In this document: one piece after another, positions 26,091 to 39,923 of the stretch | Numbering within the stretch: the stretch's first letter is position 1 | How the letters are laid out: each line of letters starts with the position of its first letter | Source: Laetmonice hystrix | Taxonomy: Eukaryota | Length of the DNA: 64,000 nucleotides | Assembly: GCA_965235115.1 (NCBI GenBank) | Contig: OZ249436.1 | Span: 8,186,001 to 8,250,000, forward strand | Direction of reading: 5' to 3' | Program-made: the position numbers and the translations under genes | The notes under the pieces: model-generated | Seen by the model: only the letters and a program-made list of their open reading frames with translations | Databases searched by the model: none | Told to the model about the DNA's origin: nothing

Positions 26091-28515
26091 CTGACGACTG
26101 TCACCTGCCACCTCCCATTAACTCCAACACAAACACCCGCCAAATTGGTTTGCCATCTCTTCCCCCAACTTCCACCCGTACTTTAGCCGAAGTACGCCTC
26201 TATACTTAATCTTAATTTGCTACTAGTCACCTTTCAGTGTCGCATCCCACCTTCTCCTATGAGGAACACGCAAACTTGAGCGGGAACGACCTCTTGAGGC
26301 GGTCGTGTACGTCTGGACGGATAGGTCTACCGCCCTATACCAACGAGCTGATGTGACGGGTTTAGGTATAGCTATGCGGGGAAAGAGCTTCTTTCTCATT
26401 GCTAAGCTTCCGAAGCGCCTGGGTGCGTTCGGGTGGTAACTTATACCTTCGCTACACCTGGTTATGATTTCAATATGATCTACAAGTTGGCACACCCTGA
26501 ATGACAACCAGGTGTTATCAAGCATGTAAGTTGGCATAGGTGATTTTTTAGCCCTATCATGTCTCCGCCACCATAGAGTGATTGCTGAGTGGTGCGCCAA
26601 GGGGTTCGTGTGTGGAACTATGCCAGGATTCTTACCTTTATATGCCGCGCATTCTTAGCTTTATGCTGCATTCTTTTGTTCACGTTTCTCTTTCTGATGT
26701 AAAAGACATTCTAAAATATAGAAATCTTGCGGTTTAAGCTTGTTGTTTCTGACATTTCTTAGCTTCAACACAAGCTCAACCGATTTGTTTGAATTTGAAC
26801 TTTCGTTCTTCCCTAGTCCATGTTACCAGGCGCTGAATCTTATGTACAATTGGAGCGTGTAATCGTTCACAAGAATCTAATTACAGTTTGATCTCCCTCA
26901 CCTGTTAGAGTGTGCCTAACCCTTCACATACATAGCGCTCATTCTCTGAAACCTTACTATAATGATGCATTACCGAACCACCCTTTTAGTGGTGTTCTTT
27001 TTCTTTCTTTTATGGAGATATTTTGCTTTGGGAGTTATACATTTTGGATGAAATATTTGAAAATGTCAAAAGAATTTATAAACATGCACGCATGGTCGAC
27101 ATTCTATTTTCTCAAGGAATCTTCTTTAAACTCAGAAGTAATTACATTCGAAATAGAGCATCAAAATAAATGAATAGAGAAAAGTGAGTTGTCGCCAAGT
27201 ATATGTCATTGGTTTCTCAGTCAGTGGCTTACAACTTCCATGACACATCTTGCGGCCTGAAGGTATAGTCCCTAAATGAACTCGTCTTTTTACGAAGAGG
27301 TCCGCCAAGGTTATCGCGTAGTTTCCTCAGCTGTCGTCTCTCGCTTCACCCCGCTGTGTCTTAATTGGATGAGGTTTGGCTGAGAGCTTACTCCAGATTA
27401 TGGCACCGGCCAGTCAATTCTTCCCCTGTCGAGCTGGTCGAGGAAACCGACAACCCACGATATCCACAGGCCCTGCTTATCGAAGCGTCCTAGGGAAAAC
27501 ATTATGGTATAGAGGTTTCATTTGCTTTTCTGCCATAACTTATATATCAACCTCAAGCTTAGCATTTAACTCAATCGGTGTTGGCGAGGCAAGGGTGGCG
27601 AGGGTGCACATGTTTCGTGTCACACGGGGTGGGCTCGCAGACATAATCAGTTCTCGGAGAGTTTCGACGGGTGGTGCTTACGTGTGCACAGGTCAGAGAT
27701 TGTAGGGGTCGGAAAGTTCCACGCGCTCCTGTAAATCTTACCCATCCCCAGGCTGTTTGCCACCCACTTTGTGGGTTCGTAAACTCAAAGGTCAATACAA
27801 ACTTATTCATCAGAAATTCTGTACTGCGCTGTTGACATTAGCGCATAATTGGTGTAGAATGCGCTCTGCCCTTATATTACCGACCAACATGTGTATGTAG
27901 TTTATCCCAACATCATGGGTTTCCGTTATTATGAAAGGTCACCGCTGGTTACAGCTTCCAATATGGATCAGATTTTCAGAAGACTTTCGCTTGAATTTCT
28001 AATTTCATTCGCATTTGATGAGACGCCTGACATGGCCCAACCTCTTCCACATGTTAAAGTTCTATTAATATTAATCAAGCTTTATGCAGTCTAGTGTCCT
28101 AAGGACACTCTTTGAAGAACATCGGCAAAAAAGGCCCAGGGCGGAAGGCACACCCCGGTGGAAACCCCCTATGGGGAATATTAGTTACTCCCTGACTGTG
28201 CCCCTGTTGGTGCCATGAACTACATGTCACCTTTGATATTTCCCAGACCGCCTCAGCGGAAGGGGTGTGTGGAGGTCAGGCCTCGCCAGGTGTGAGTTTT
28301 TTCACCTGTGGCGATCTCGGCATAGCCATGCCTAGATGGGAATGTTCTCAACGGCCTTACAAAAACAACGTGCAATTATAGTCTAGGAAGTACTCTTAAA
28401 AAGTCATACGATTTCCTGTAATCCTTAAAGGGGGGGGGGAGCGCAAAAATATAGATATACCCGAAAGGCGCACTAACCTGTGTCTGTACCTAAGGTATAC
28501 TTTTTCTTCTCTTTT

Positions 28516-28628
28516 GGATTTCAGATGTAATAGCAAATTACTGTGGATTGTGGATTGTGGATTGTGGATTGTGGATTGTGGATTGTGGATTGTGGATTTC
28601 AGATGTAATAGCAAATTACTGTGGATTG
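28516..28628. repeat. (GTGGATT)n 7 bp array between two copies of GGATTTCAGATGTAATAGCAAATTACTGTGGATTG
   Basis: Directly visible. Confidence 0.9.
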
Positions 28629-29209
28629 CCGGGCACCTTTAAGAAACGAAGGAAAAGCCCCTGGTACACGACTAGCCGCTTTATTACTAAAAGGTTATAA
28701 GCCAAAAAGTAAATCTTAGGGATCCTTTAAGAAAAGACAACATGTCTGGTTGCCTGGCCACCCAATCCATTGATATCTGTATCAAGCATGTCCCTTCAAT
28801 GGTATTACTTCAGATAGAGTAGTCACCTTAGACCGACTACACTGACGGCCGATACCGGTGGAGAAAACAGCCCAGGAACTAATTACTATTAGCCGTGGGT
28901 GTCACTTTCTTTACAAGTTGTTCTTTTCTACCAGTCAATGGCCAGTATTTAAAGGGGTTACCTCAGGTCAGACAAGGAGATACTGCCTTGGGGCCACATA
29001 ACTTAAAAATGTTATCAACCACAATGTGAAAATGCTAAGCCTCGTCATTGAGTGCCGTAGGAAGACACTAATGTAACAGGGAGCGTCACACCTTATTGAT
29101 AAAATCCGTGACTTAGGGGTGGGGGCAATTTTACTTCATCAGAGAACCATGCCTGAGGCTCCTTGCCGTTCCAACTCCACTCTTGTTTGTTAAAGATCCT
29201 TTTCCTTTT

Positions 29210-29627
29210 TAGGTCTACAGTGTTAACTGTGGTATAGGTCTACAGTGTTAACTGTGGTATAGGTCTACAGTGTTAACTGTGGTATAGGTCTACAGTGTTA
29301 ACTGTGGTATAGGTCTACAGTGTTAACTGTGGTATAGGTCTACAGTGTTAACTGTGGTATAGGTCTACAGTGTTAACTGTGGTATAGGTCTACAGTGTTA
29401 ACTGTGGTATAGGTCTACAGTGTTAACTGTGGTATAGGTCTACAGTGTTAACTGTGGTATAGGTCTACAGTGTTAACTGTGGTATAGGTCTACAGTGTTA
29501 ACTGTGGTATAGGTCTACAGTGTTAACTGTGGTATAGGTCTACAGTGTTAACTGTGGTATAGGTCTACAGTGTTAACTGTGGTATAGGTCTACAGTGTTA
29601 ACTGTGGTATAGGTCTACAGTGTTAAC
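29210..29627. repeat. Minisatellite, about 17 x 25 bp (TAGGTCTACAGTGTTAACTGTGGTA)
   Basis: Perfect tandem copies. Confidence 0.98.
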
Positions 29628-29657
29628 AGAAAAACATGATTGAATGGAGACTGTTAA

Positions 29658-30360
29658 GTCAACGACAGGTACGTTAACCCCTACACCTGGTCAAGGTTAA
29701 CCCCTACACCTGGTCAACGACAGGTAGGTTAACCCCTACACCTGGTCAACGACAGGTACGTGAACCCCTACACCTGGTCAACGACAGACCGTTAACCCCT
29801 ACACCTGGTCAACGACAGGTACGTTAACCCCTACACCCGGTCAACGACAGGTAGGTTAACCCCTACACCTGGTCAACGACAGGTAGGTTAACCCCTACAC
29901 CTGGTCAACGACAGGTACGTTAACCCCTACACCTGGTCAACGACAGGTACGTTAACCCCTACACCTGGTCAAAGACAGGTACGTTAACCCCTACACCTGG
30001 TCAACGACAGGTAGGTTAACCCCTACACCTGGTCAACGACAGGTAGGTTAACCCCTACACCTGGTCAACGACAGGTAGGTTAACCCCTACACCTGGTCAA
30101 TGACAGGTAGGTTAACCCCTATACCTGGTCAACGACAGGTACGTTAACCCCTACACCTGGTCAACGACAGGTACGTTAACCCCTACACCTGGTCAACGAC
30201 AGGTACGTTAACCCCCTACACCTGGTCAACGACAGGTACGTTAAGCCCTACACCTGGTCAACGACAGACCGTTAACCCCTACACCTGGTCAACGACAGAC
30301 CGTTAACCCCTACACCTGGTCAACGACAGACCGTTAACCCCTACACCTGGTCAACGACAG
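29658..30360. repeat. Minisatellite, about 22 x 32 bp (GGTCAACGACAGGTACGTTAACCCCTACACCT)
   Basis: Directly visible; GTAC/GTAG/ACC variants and one internally deleted unit near 29690. Confidence 0.97.
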
Positions 30361-33300
30361 ATGGTTCGTCTGCATTCCTGTTCACAGTCACTGAACTCAA
30401 GAGATTTTTATGGTTTCGTCGAACGTTCTTCAGATTCCCGTAAAGTGAAACAGATATAAGAAGAAGGTATCTTAGAGGCACGCTGTTGATATATGAAGAA
30501 ACAGGTTCTTTTTATATGACGGAAGATATCAGTGTACCCTCTTTAAGTATGCTCTTCCTTAAACATGAATGTATATACTTGTCAAAATTAATATGAATCT
30601 GTAAGTAAAAGGCAGGTATTATAAACAAAAGTACGTTAGTTTTCCCCCTCTTAGCGAAGACTGAGAGTCTCTTTAGTTCCATTATCGATTCGGTAAAATA
30701 TCGTCAATTATTTAGAAAATATTCCTCTCCATACAGCGGGAAGTGATCATTATTCTCTGATCTGCCATCAAAAGATGAAAAATGAAAGATATGGCTGCCT
30801 TTCATACAACATAATTATTGTGCGTAACTGCCTCACTACAGTTTTATATATTCTCCTATTCTAAAATTCTACTCCGAGCCACCGAGAACCATAAAACAGA
30901 ATGTTATAATCCTGGCCCCAGGTTGGCCCGGGCCCTAGAGTAGTACCCCCGTCCCTCTCCCCGGCCCTCTCCGCGTTATGATGGTAAAGTGTTCTTGTAG
31001 ATCGTCTACAAGATTCTATATTTGTGTTTACCGTCGGAGACTTGCCCCCTTGTCCTGTTGTAGATGAGCATGAGTCTGTTTAAGCATCGTTGCTTTCACT
31101 GCAGTGTATCATCCCAACTTTGGAAAACCCCGTTTGATCACTGGGACCGAAGCCAAGAATATCAATTTGCTTGCAGTGCTGGAAATGCCCAATCAAACTG
31201 TCCATGTCACTATTAATCCACCCCCCAAAATCACCGTTATTCACAAATATCATTCCAAAGATGAAAAGCCAGAGAGAATCCTTTAGATTGGTGTTCTTGT
31301 TCAGAGCAATCCAATCACGGTCAATGGAGAGAATAACACGGCGGATGAAATCACAAACTAGCTACCCCTCACACAGGAAACTTGCTCGCAGTGGGGTATC
31401 ATGGAAAACTACTCACCAACCAATCCTATCCACTCACATCGCATTCCCCACTCAACATCGGAAGTGATAAAAAGGCATGGAAATGAAAACATTCTTCAAC
31501 CTCGACTTCTCCCTTCACTTCAGCCAGTGTTCTCGGCCTTTCGGGATTGAACTGACTTGACTGAAAGGTTGAACGCTTGGAAAACACAGAGTTGAAGTAC
31601 TCGGGGCAAGCATGAAATGAAATGACACGCTTGCTGTCCCTTCAAGATGCGTATTTCATAGGCCGAATGACACTTGGTATGAACAAGTCTCTGCCTTCCG
31701 TTGGCAACCACGGGCTCAGCATCAGCTCTGACCACTGCCTGGGTTCAGGCAAAACAGCTTGTCATTTCCGACCGAGAAATTTCTGACCATCTGGCAAGAA
31801 TCTTTTGACTGAGTGAACTATCCAGAAACTCATAACAGCTTGCCTAGAGTAGAATTGCTTGGAAATAGGTTAGTAGATTCTTGTAATATAACTTTGTTTA
31901 GTCAATCTGTAAGAGTATACTTCATTATGGCTAGTTACGGCGAGGTAACTATAGTAAGGTAATGGATATATTGCTACTGACTTTTTTCACTTTTTTTAGA
32001 ATTAATCATTCAGATAGAGAATTTATGTTGTCAATAGGAAAGATGAGGTCTTTATCAAAACGGTTTAACTAGGGATGGATTCTGTACCGGTAATTATATA
32101 ATTTGCGAGTCCCAATATTAATTATGATGAAGGTTAGCCTATATATATATGTGGAGGTTTACCATTGATCTTAGTATAGACATTCGTTTCGGTTTAAATC
32201 AGGTTGTCCTGTAAAAACCATCAGTATTCCAATTTTCACGACATATGTTTCAGAGCAGAACATTTGAACTTCTTGATGATGTATAATGATATATCCTTAG
32301 TGTGGGAGAACTGCCAACATTATTGACATAACTTGAAAAAACCGTCCATGAATCAATTTCCGTCTAATTGCTGCACATATCCACTAAAAAGCAGGTGGGA
32401 AAGCAAATGCTTCTCCTAAAGATACTGAAACACTTCTCTTTTTGAGTTCCCTCACATACCTTTTTGCAAAAAAAACCTACAGCCTTTTATTGTACTTTTT
32501 ATTGATCTTCTTACCTTAACCCAGCAGGTGCGACCCTCTCCCAGTAACGGGCGAAGTGCAAGGACACAAAACGCCTTGTCCCAAAACATTTTTGCATCTA
32601 TACTTTATCTTACCCGTACTAAACCTTTTCAAACGACACCACAAACATACTTTTAATAAAATTCAGCTCATATTATTAAGTTGGCGGCGTTACATTTCTA
32701 TAGGCCTAGCTGCGTCACGGGAACAAGTTAAAGTAATCTACATGGACCTCCTGATCTATTTTATTTCCGACTGCCATAAGAAAGTTATATATTTATACCT
32801 ATGTGGAAGTTAGAACGCTGTAGACAGTGGCGGTGAATTCTGGCATCAGGACATTTCGCCTGTAGTGATAGCGCCCGTCTATTTACCAGAGACGTTCCAT
32901 TTCTCCAGCTTTCCAAGTTTTTCAGGCCCCGCGGGGGATGTCGGCTAATAACTGTTATTACCAGGCATCCGTTTTCTCTCAAATCACAGCCATGACCATA
33001 AAACACATCAATCACCTCCAAACACAGAGTTGAAGCTGTTCCTAAATATTTGTTGGAGATTTTCAGCCACTTGAACCACACATTCATTTCCATTTCAGAG
33101 GGTGACCTCTTAAAGCACCAAGATTTGAATATATTACACAAGGTCCCTTTATAAACTGAATCTCGATGTTTTTATTACTGTTTTAAATCTAAATGACATA
33201 ATTATGTCTCGTGGGTATGGGACCCTAAGACTTGGTTGGACGTACAGGTGTTGATAGGTGGATCTTTACTTAATGAGCAGGTGCAGGCACGAAAAAAGGA

Positions 33301-34100
33301 CGTCTGTATATCAGGCTGGGCTTAGCCCGTGTCCGCCTAATACAGACATGGCCGGTATGGCCCATATCATACCAACCTAGGACTTCATGGACAGTCTACA
33401 CGTAGCTTGTATGGCACCAAATTACCTACCTGTAACAGATAAGTGGTGACCTGCTTGGTCCTAACTTGTTTGCCAAACGGCACCAACTTTTCAGCCTGCA
33501 CACGTGTGACGGATCAGGTGTTACCAATTTTTTCTAAGCCAACTAAGAGGTTCTACCCTGCATCAAACATGCCCTGCCTTGTACCAATTTGTGATCTTGC
33601 CAATTTCCAAACTTTACCAGCCGGTGTGACCGGACTACCAAAATTAAAAGTAAGCTTCGCTTTACCATCACCGCCTCCTTTCCGATACGACACACTGGTT
33701 CAATGGTGAGAACCATCGAGCTTTGCCTGGTCGGAGAGGAACAAGACAAGGAAAGGTTCCTGCATTGATTGCTTAAAATTTCATATCAATTTCATGTATT
33801 TCCTATCGTCACATCCAGGATCCTGTGTAGAAATTCTTTGTAAAATGGGTGACAAATTGGAAAGAAAAGAAATAAAGGCTGCGTGTCAGAAACAGTGAAA
33901 TTTCGAGGTGGTTATTTAGTCATTTTGTTTACCTTTGTGCAATTCGCCGCATCAGTTGACCTGTCATACTGTTGTCATATTAATTTATTGCTTACTTTAT
34001 CTGGATATTGACACGTTTGTGGACTATGACAATATATGAGGTAAAGTGTGTTCAACGTACTATGCTAAATAACCAAACTGTACTACTTCGTCTTTTATAG

Positions 34101-34357
34101 GTACCTCGGACTTTCCAGCTCTGCATACCAAAGCACACTTGAGAGCCCAAAAATCAATTTCCGTAGCAAGTGCTCCAAAATTGCCGTCTTTGCTCCTCAG
34201 CAGCGAGAGCTTTGCCTTCGATCAAAGAATGTTTTGGACATTATCAGCCAGGGTGCCTCCATGGGCATTGAGGAGTGCCAGCACCAATTCCACGATCGCC
34301 GCTGGAACTGCACAACTTTCAACAACACAAGTGTCTTTGGAAAGGTCCTGCAACTCA
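34101..34357 (+). CDS. WntA: Wnt ligand (WntA-like), coding exon 2 of 4
   Basis: ttttatag| acceptor and |gtgagt donor; encodes YLGLSSSAYQSTLESPKINFRSKCSKIAVFAPQQRELCLRSKNVLDIISQGASMGIEECQHQFHDRRWNCTTFNNTSVFGKVLQL, with the Wnt ECQxQFxxRRWNC motif. Confidence 0.95.
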
Positions 34358-35399
34358 GTGAGTTCTTGTGGTTGCACTTTCTGAATGCTATGCCTGGTTC
34401 TTTTACGCTACACTTCAGCTAACCCTGAGAACATGAGCCCAATGCTGCCATCTCATTTTGGACCATCACAATCAAAACGTGTCTTTAATTTCAACAAGAG
34501 CAGCATTTAGTTCATGATACAGTGTGAAATACGATGGAAATATACATGGTCATCTATCTCCCTTTAAATATTAATCAATTAATGGGATGAAATGGGGTCA
34601 AACTAGGAACTGCTGAGTAAATTATAATCTCTTAAAGGGGACGTTTAAAACCAGATAGATCAGCTTACAGATATGGAAGACATACTACATGGATTTACAT
34701 AAGGAAACAGAGGTGACCATGCATACATTCATTACATGAAAGATCAAGGTGTGGACGACAGGGAAATGTGAGCACAGTTGTTCATTAAGTGTAGTACCTT
34801 GCAAAGATACTTGATATATATATATATATTCTATTTTATACAACATGTAAAGAAGGTCAGTATGTTTTTTTCCCTATTTTTTGATCAAATATAACTTGGA
34901 CAACAAAGGAATTGATGCGAGGAACTGGCACTAGAAGTTGAGTCAGACTTAAGAAGTAGGTAAGGTCCATTGGGAATGATTAGGACACTCCATAACTATT
35001 ATGACTTCAGCAAACTATTATGTACCATTATTTACGAGTACAATTATGGAATGACAGAGTATATTTAAAGCAAGTTCAAGCAGGAGAGGATATACGACAA
35101 TTCTGGTTTGAAAATATTCAATAACATAATTATCTAGATATCTGTGTTTTCTAGATATCTTTCTTAGGAATTTTTTCGAATGGATCCATTTTTTGTTCAG
35201 TTTTACAAATATCTAATGTTGTAAATGATAAGGGTTATTTTAGACATTGAAAAATTATTGGTATTTAATAATACAAATGATAGGTGGTATCTGCATTCGT
35301 AACCTACAATTTTGTCATGGGTGTAGAGTAGATCTATGATATATAATTGGTGTATCCTTTAACCTGAACGTTGTCTTCAGGTGTGAACCTACACGGTTC

Positions 35400-35620
35400 C
35401 GGTGAACCAGGTGAGAGTAGATTAGAATGAGTAATGGAGTGGTGGCTAAGGTCATCTTCAGGGTGACAACTCAGTTTTCACAGTCCGGCGAAGCAAGAAA
35501 AGAAAGAAAAAGAGGAAAGAAAGAAAGACGGAAATGGAAAAGCGATTAAAAGGAGCTGTGGGAACTGCCCGGTCCCTGCGGAGGACGGGAAATGGTGGGA
35601 ACAGGCCGTCTAGTTCCCCT
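35400..35620 (+). mobile_element. Decayed 3' fragment of a non-LTR retrotransposon (RTE-like)
   Basis: Frameshifted translation gives AKVI(L)QG..RK.RG..R.KW..IK..AEDGKWWEQAV*, resembling the RTE ORF C-terminal pattern K.ILQG..RGR..W.D.IK..A.DR..W...V. Confidence 0.35.
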
Positions 35621-38600
35621 AAAGGGCAGAATGTAAAAAAGGGGGGAAGAAAAGAAGAACTTTGTAGATAAGAAGGCTTTTAGCAGCCCCATGCAGGATG
35701 CCTAAGTTACACTGGACATATTTTGTTCTCAAACCACACGGAGGGGAATTAACAGATGTTCGAAAATTAAGAAATAGAGTATAAAATCCCGTCACGACAC
35801 CATGTATCGGTCGGTTCAGGCCATTGGTTGAAATGGAGTGAGATTTGTTTGTCAGAGTGGGAGTATTAACACACGCTGGCGCTGGCAAAAATACTTGAAT
35901 AGGCCTAATAATTATAACTTTTATTTCTGGCTATTGCACTCGTCGGTAACGCTCTCGTGCTTCAGACCCTATATAAGCTCCGCCTTAAGCCTATTACCCA
36001 AGCTTTCACTACAACATGCAATATCCACAAATATTAGATGGCTGCCACATGAGATATTCTCACTCTGAAATCAAAATATCCTATCTCTACTCCAACGTAT
36101 ACATGCAAGAACCGGCTTCTTTACAACAAACTCTAAATAATTTGACAAAACATATCGGACACTTAATTTGAATATCTCTACTTAATACAGTCATTCACTT
36201 TCATACTGCTTCTCTTTCTGGTTTCTTCTTGATATCAACCACATACTAGATTACAAAATCATGTTACAAAACTCGCAAATACCGTGAACTCTTGTAAAGT
36301 TATTGAAATTATTTGTTTGCCTTTTACGCAAGAGTACAAGAGAAATGTAGTAGTAATACCTGTGAAGCCGATGAAAATACATGCTGCCAGAAGATTAATC
36401 TAGACGAAAGACCACATTCATGTCCATGTTTTAGCAGTGCGGCGAGAATCATATAGATGCTTGTCTGAGCATCAACGAATTTTGGAGTTGGAAGGCCACA
36501 CACAGTACGTAGGCGCAGAGATCAAGGAGGGAAGCAAGCATTTGCCAATAGCTTTTAACATCTCACAAACTTACATAGCCTGGAACGAACTTGACTCAAA
36601 CTCTGTTTTTTGTTCTGGCATTTTGTACGAACACAGACGTCGTGAAAGGTCTGCCCTGCACCAGACTTTGGTGGGGCTGAACGTTGTCAAACGATAGGCG
36701 AGCCAAACTGAAGTGTTGACGCCAATACCAAAGCCACGTCAAGGGGTTGAGGCTTTGTGAAAATGGTGTCCTCGCAGGCTTCCTATGTTGAAAAGTAATT
36801 GGATTCTAATCGTAGGATTTGTAACACGTGGGGGGCAAACAATGTATGCAAATATAATCTCAATCCGTTGGATAATAGAGGCGTGGAGCCTTTCCAACGA
36901 CAAGAAACACGAAGAACCCCACTGGCGGGAGTGTGTGCGATAACAGGTGCTTTCATGCACGTTTCGCACTCAAACATCGATGTTTTTGGAAGGATGAGGG
37001 AAACTTCTTGTCCTACAGATGATGTTTTTCTTCTATTAAGTATTTCGAGCTTTTGCTATTGACTGGTGCAGGTGAGGAAAATTGGATATCGGAGTGTGCC
37101 AGACGGTTTGCTTGTAGTAGAAGAATGACATGGCAATCAACGAATGACACTGTCGGCAGTTGCCAGATCCGTACCACACAATACATCAGGTGGCCGCTTC
37201 TATTGCTGATGATAATGAAGTTGATTTTGAGTATAAATGAGGCTTTTGCTGAAGGCAGGTAATGTTACATGTACGCTTTAGTCTGACACTGCCCGAGGCG
37301 TGGGACTGGTGATTCGATTAGACACTCACAGAGACCGGATTAACTCGCTCAAGTACACAATTATAGACTCGCTGATGAGTAAAGCAGTGCTAATTTCACT
37401 GCCGCCACATCGACTTTCAGGGGGAGAAGTCTATGTGAGACGATGAGCGGTTCTGGAGAAGTGAAAATCTCAACATGTCAAGATACAAGGTGATTATGTG
37501 GATAACTGGTTATATACTCACTATGTATACCAATATGTAATCACAGTTTACACATATATGGCTTATATAGAATTAACTAAAAGTCATGTACATAATAATG
37601 TGCATGGAAGTTTACCTAAATGAGCTTAGAAATGTATACATTTAGAATATCTCAATCGGGGTGGGGGTGGGGGGGGGGTCGTATGGTGCGGCCCTAGTCA
37701 ATGTTATACCTTTTAAAAACCTCATCTTAAATGCAGATATTTATTTTTGACCCGTCTGGCCGGAAAGTATCGGAAAGTGCGACTGTTTTGTGTGTTGATT
37801 CAGAAGATCGAATACAAAGCATGGAAACCACTGGCCGTATGGTGTCAGGTAATTGTGAAGGCATTGTCTTGCTGTCAGTGGTCGAGGAAGACATCTCTTT
37901 TCAAGCCGAACGAGTTGAATTGATCACGGTGAAACATAAGACGCCTGCTTAAGGAGACAAGAATTGCCCGCGTCTCCTTAAAGGTGACACTCTATCAAAG
38001 ATCAAGCCGTTTATATAAAAGGGGGGCAGCAATTCAACTGCGCGGAAATCCATCCTGGTTTCATGATAGTTCAGAAGGCAATTGGTGGCGGATCCGGGGG
38101 CTCGGGTTGACCAGGCGAGCGCCAAGCCCCTGTCAGTCAGACAGCCTTATGTTGCTAGCCTCAGGTCATAGATCCGACAGGCGACGGACCCGACTTCACT
38201 TTGCACCTTTTAAATACACCGGTGCCTTTGAAAAGGCTCTTGTCTGTTCATGGGCAGGTATATCAAAGGCTGTATCTCCCATCTCCGGACAGCAACGGAC
38301 AGCAACACAACCCCCACAAAAACATTCAACTCATGTGTACGCATCCGTGATAAGGGTACTGAAATTCTATGGGGCTTCTAAAGTTTGGAGCCGCTCTGAA
38401 CAACAGGGTGGGCGCTTTGAAAAGATCAGATGATATACAACTACACATGGTCCGGATTCGGCAGCTAGTCCGTGTTGGTAGTCTGATTGCCATGCAGAGG
38501 GTGTCTTCACATGGGACATAAACTGAGGGATCATAACCAGCCTGACATTTGGAGGGGTGTCAAGCTGCGCACAGATATCACCGTAAATTGGGTCATCCCA

Positions 38601-39711
38601 TTTGTGGCCCATGTTACTGTTGTTGGCCCTGTCCTTCCAAAATGTTGCAGGTTCAAACGGGCTTTTTCATCCTTTTATGGTTCATATTCACTGCTGTCAT
38701 TTTTTTCCAAGCCAATGTGTGTGATGTCGGGAAGGAGGAGAGGGGCAGACTCATTGGAACTATGCATGTGGTTAACATGGAAAGTGTTAATAACATATTC
38801 ATCACCACACATTGGTGACAGGGCTTTCATTAGTAAGTGAAGGCCGACACTGTCAAAACAGCCTGCAGGCAGCCGTGGTCCGGACTTAGATATTGTTAGT
38901 TGACTAGCAGCCTCTGCACGGTCCCATCATGTGGTGTTATAGTTTGTCGTATTGCCCCCACTCCGTGCCCCATACCACCACCTCCACCACCACCAACACG
39001 ACTGGTCATAGGTTCGGGAAGCTGACAGCTTAAGTGCACATTATTCACATAGGGTTTTCACGTTCCGATAGCAAAGAAGTCGTGTTATTGGTAAATCATA
39101 GGGTTGTCTATGAGATTACAAATAATGGAAGTGCTTCTCTTACTTTATTTGCGCTTATCTCCTGTTTGATAATAGTGAAGTGGTTCATGTTTTTATATAG
39201 CTTTAACAAAAAGAACGCCACCTGAAGTGTCTTTTATAGTAAACCTTTGTTATCCGCAGCAAATAGTTGTGTTAAGATACCCGTAAATCTAATAGCTGTA
39301 GTCCTTTATAGTGTAAAAACATATTTGAAAAAGAAAATGAGTGGCCATAATCATCAGCTTTAAATGCATATACAATCACAACCCTGGGAACGTTTCTGAG
39401 TATGTAAACAAATCAGCTACAAGGAAAGTAACATTATGCTGGAAAAACAGAACAAAAGAAAACAACTATACATATTACATTTTCTAATTGACCTCTACAT
39501 CAAGTAAGGACGGGGTAATGTTTAGAAATGTGAGAACGTGCGTAACGTATGGGATCTTGTCCACAGGAGCAAAGAAAGTTCGGGAAGGACATACGTATAC
39601 CCTCCTAGGAGAACTCATGCACACGAGTACCAAATACACGGAATGAGTTAATATAGTCCAGTTTCAAACAAGCAGTAAAGAACGCCCTCTTGGCCTAAAG
39701 TCTTGTGACTA

Positions 39712-39923
39712 AGGGCCTGGGCACACTAAGCCGATTTACATCCGATCGGCCTTCCGATTTTCTTAACTTCTGAAATTATTGGTAATTTGTGTCATCAAAT
39801 CATTAAAGGACATTTACTTTGTAAAGATTAGATATATTTTTTGTCGGACGCAAATATCAGATACATTTTATCATCAATCGGATGGCCGATCGGATATAAA
39901 TCGGCTTAGTGTGCGAGGGTCCT
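39712..39923. mobile_element. MITE with long TIRs, PIF/Harbinger-like
   Basis: GCACACTAAGCCGATTTACATCCGATCGGCC.TCCGATT versus AATCGGATGGCCGATCGGATATAAATCGGCTTAGTGTGC, an inverted repeat of about 40 bp; outer ends are degenerate. Confidence 0.75.

Noticed and set aside
25349..26209. Leu/Ser-rich and Glu/Arg-rich ORFs
   Set aside because: Artefacts of the (TTC)n and (CT)n microsatellites.
20352..30360. Regular repeats as possible CRISPR arrays
   Set aside because: Units are contiguous with no unique spacers, there are no cas genes, and the context is eukaryotic introns.
30405..30440. Hammerhead-like CTGAAGA..GAAA on the minus strand next to the 32 bp array
   Set aside because: The intervening ACGTTCGAC cannot close stem II (A-C mismatch) and I found no stem I/III with an NUH cleavage site.
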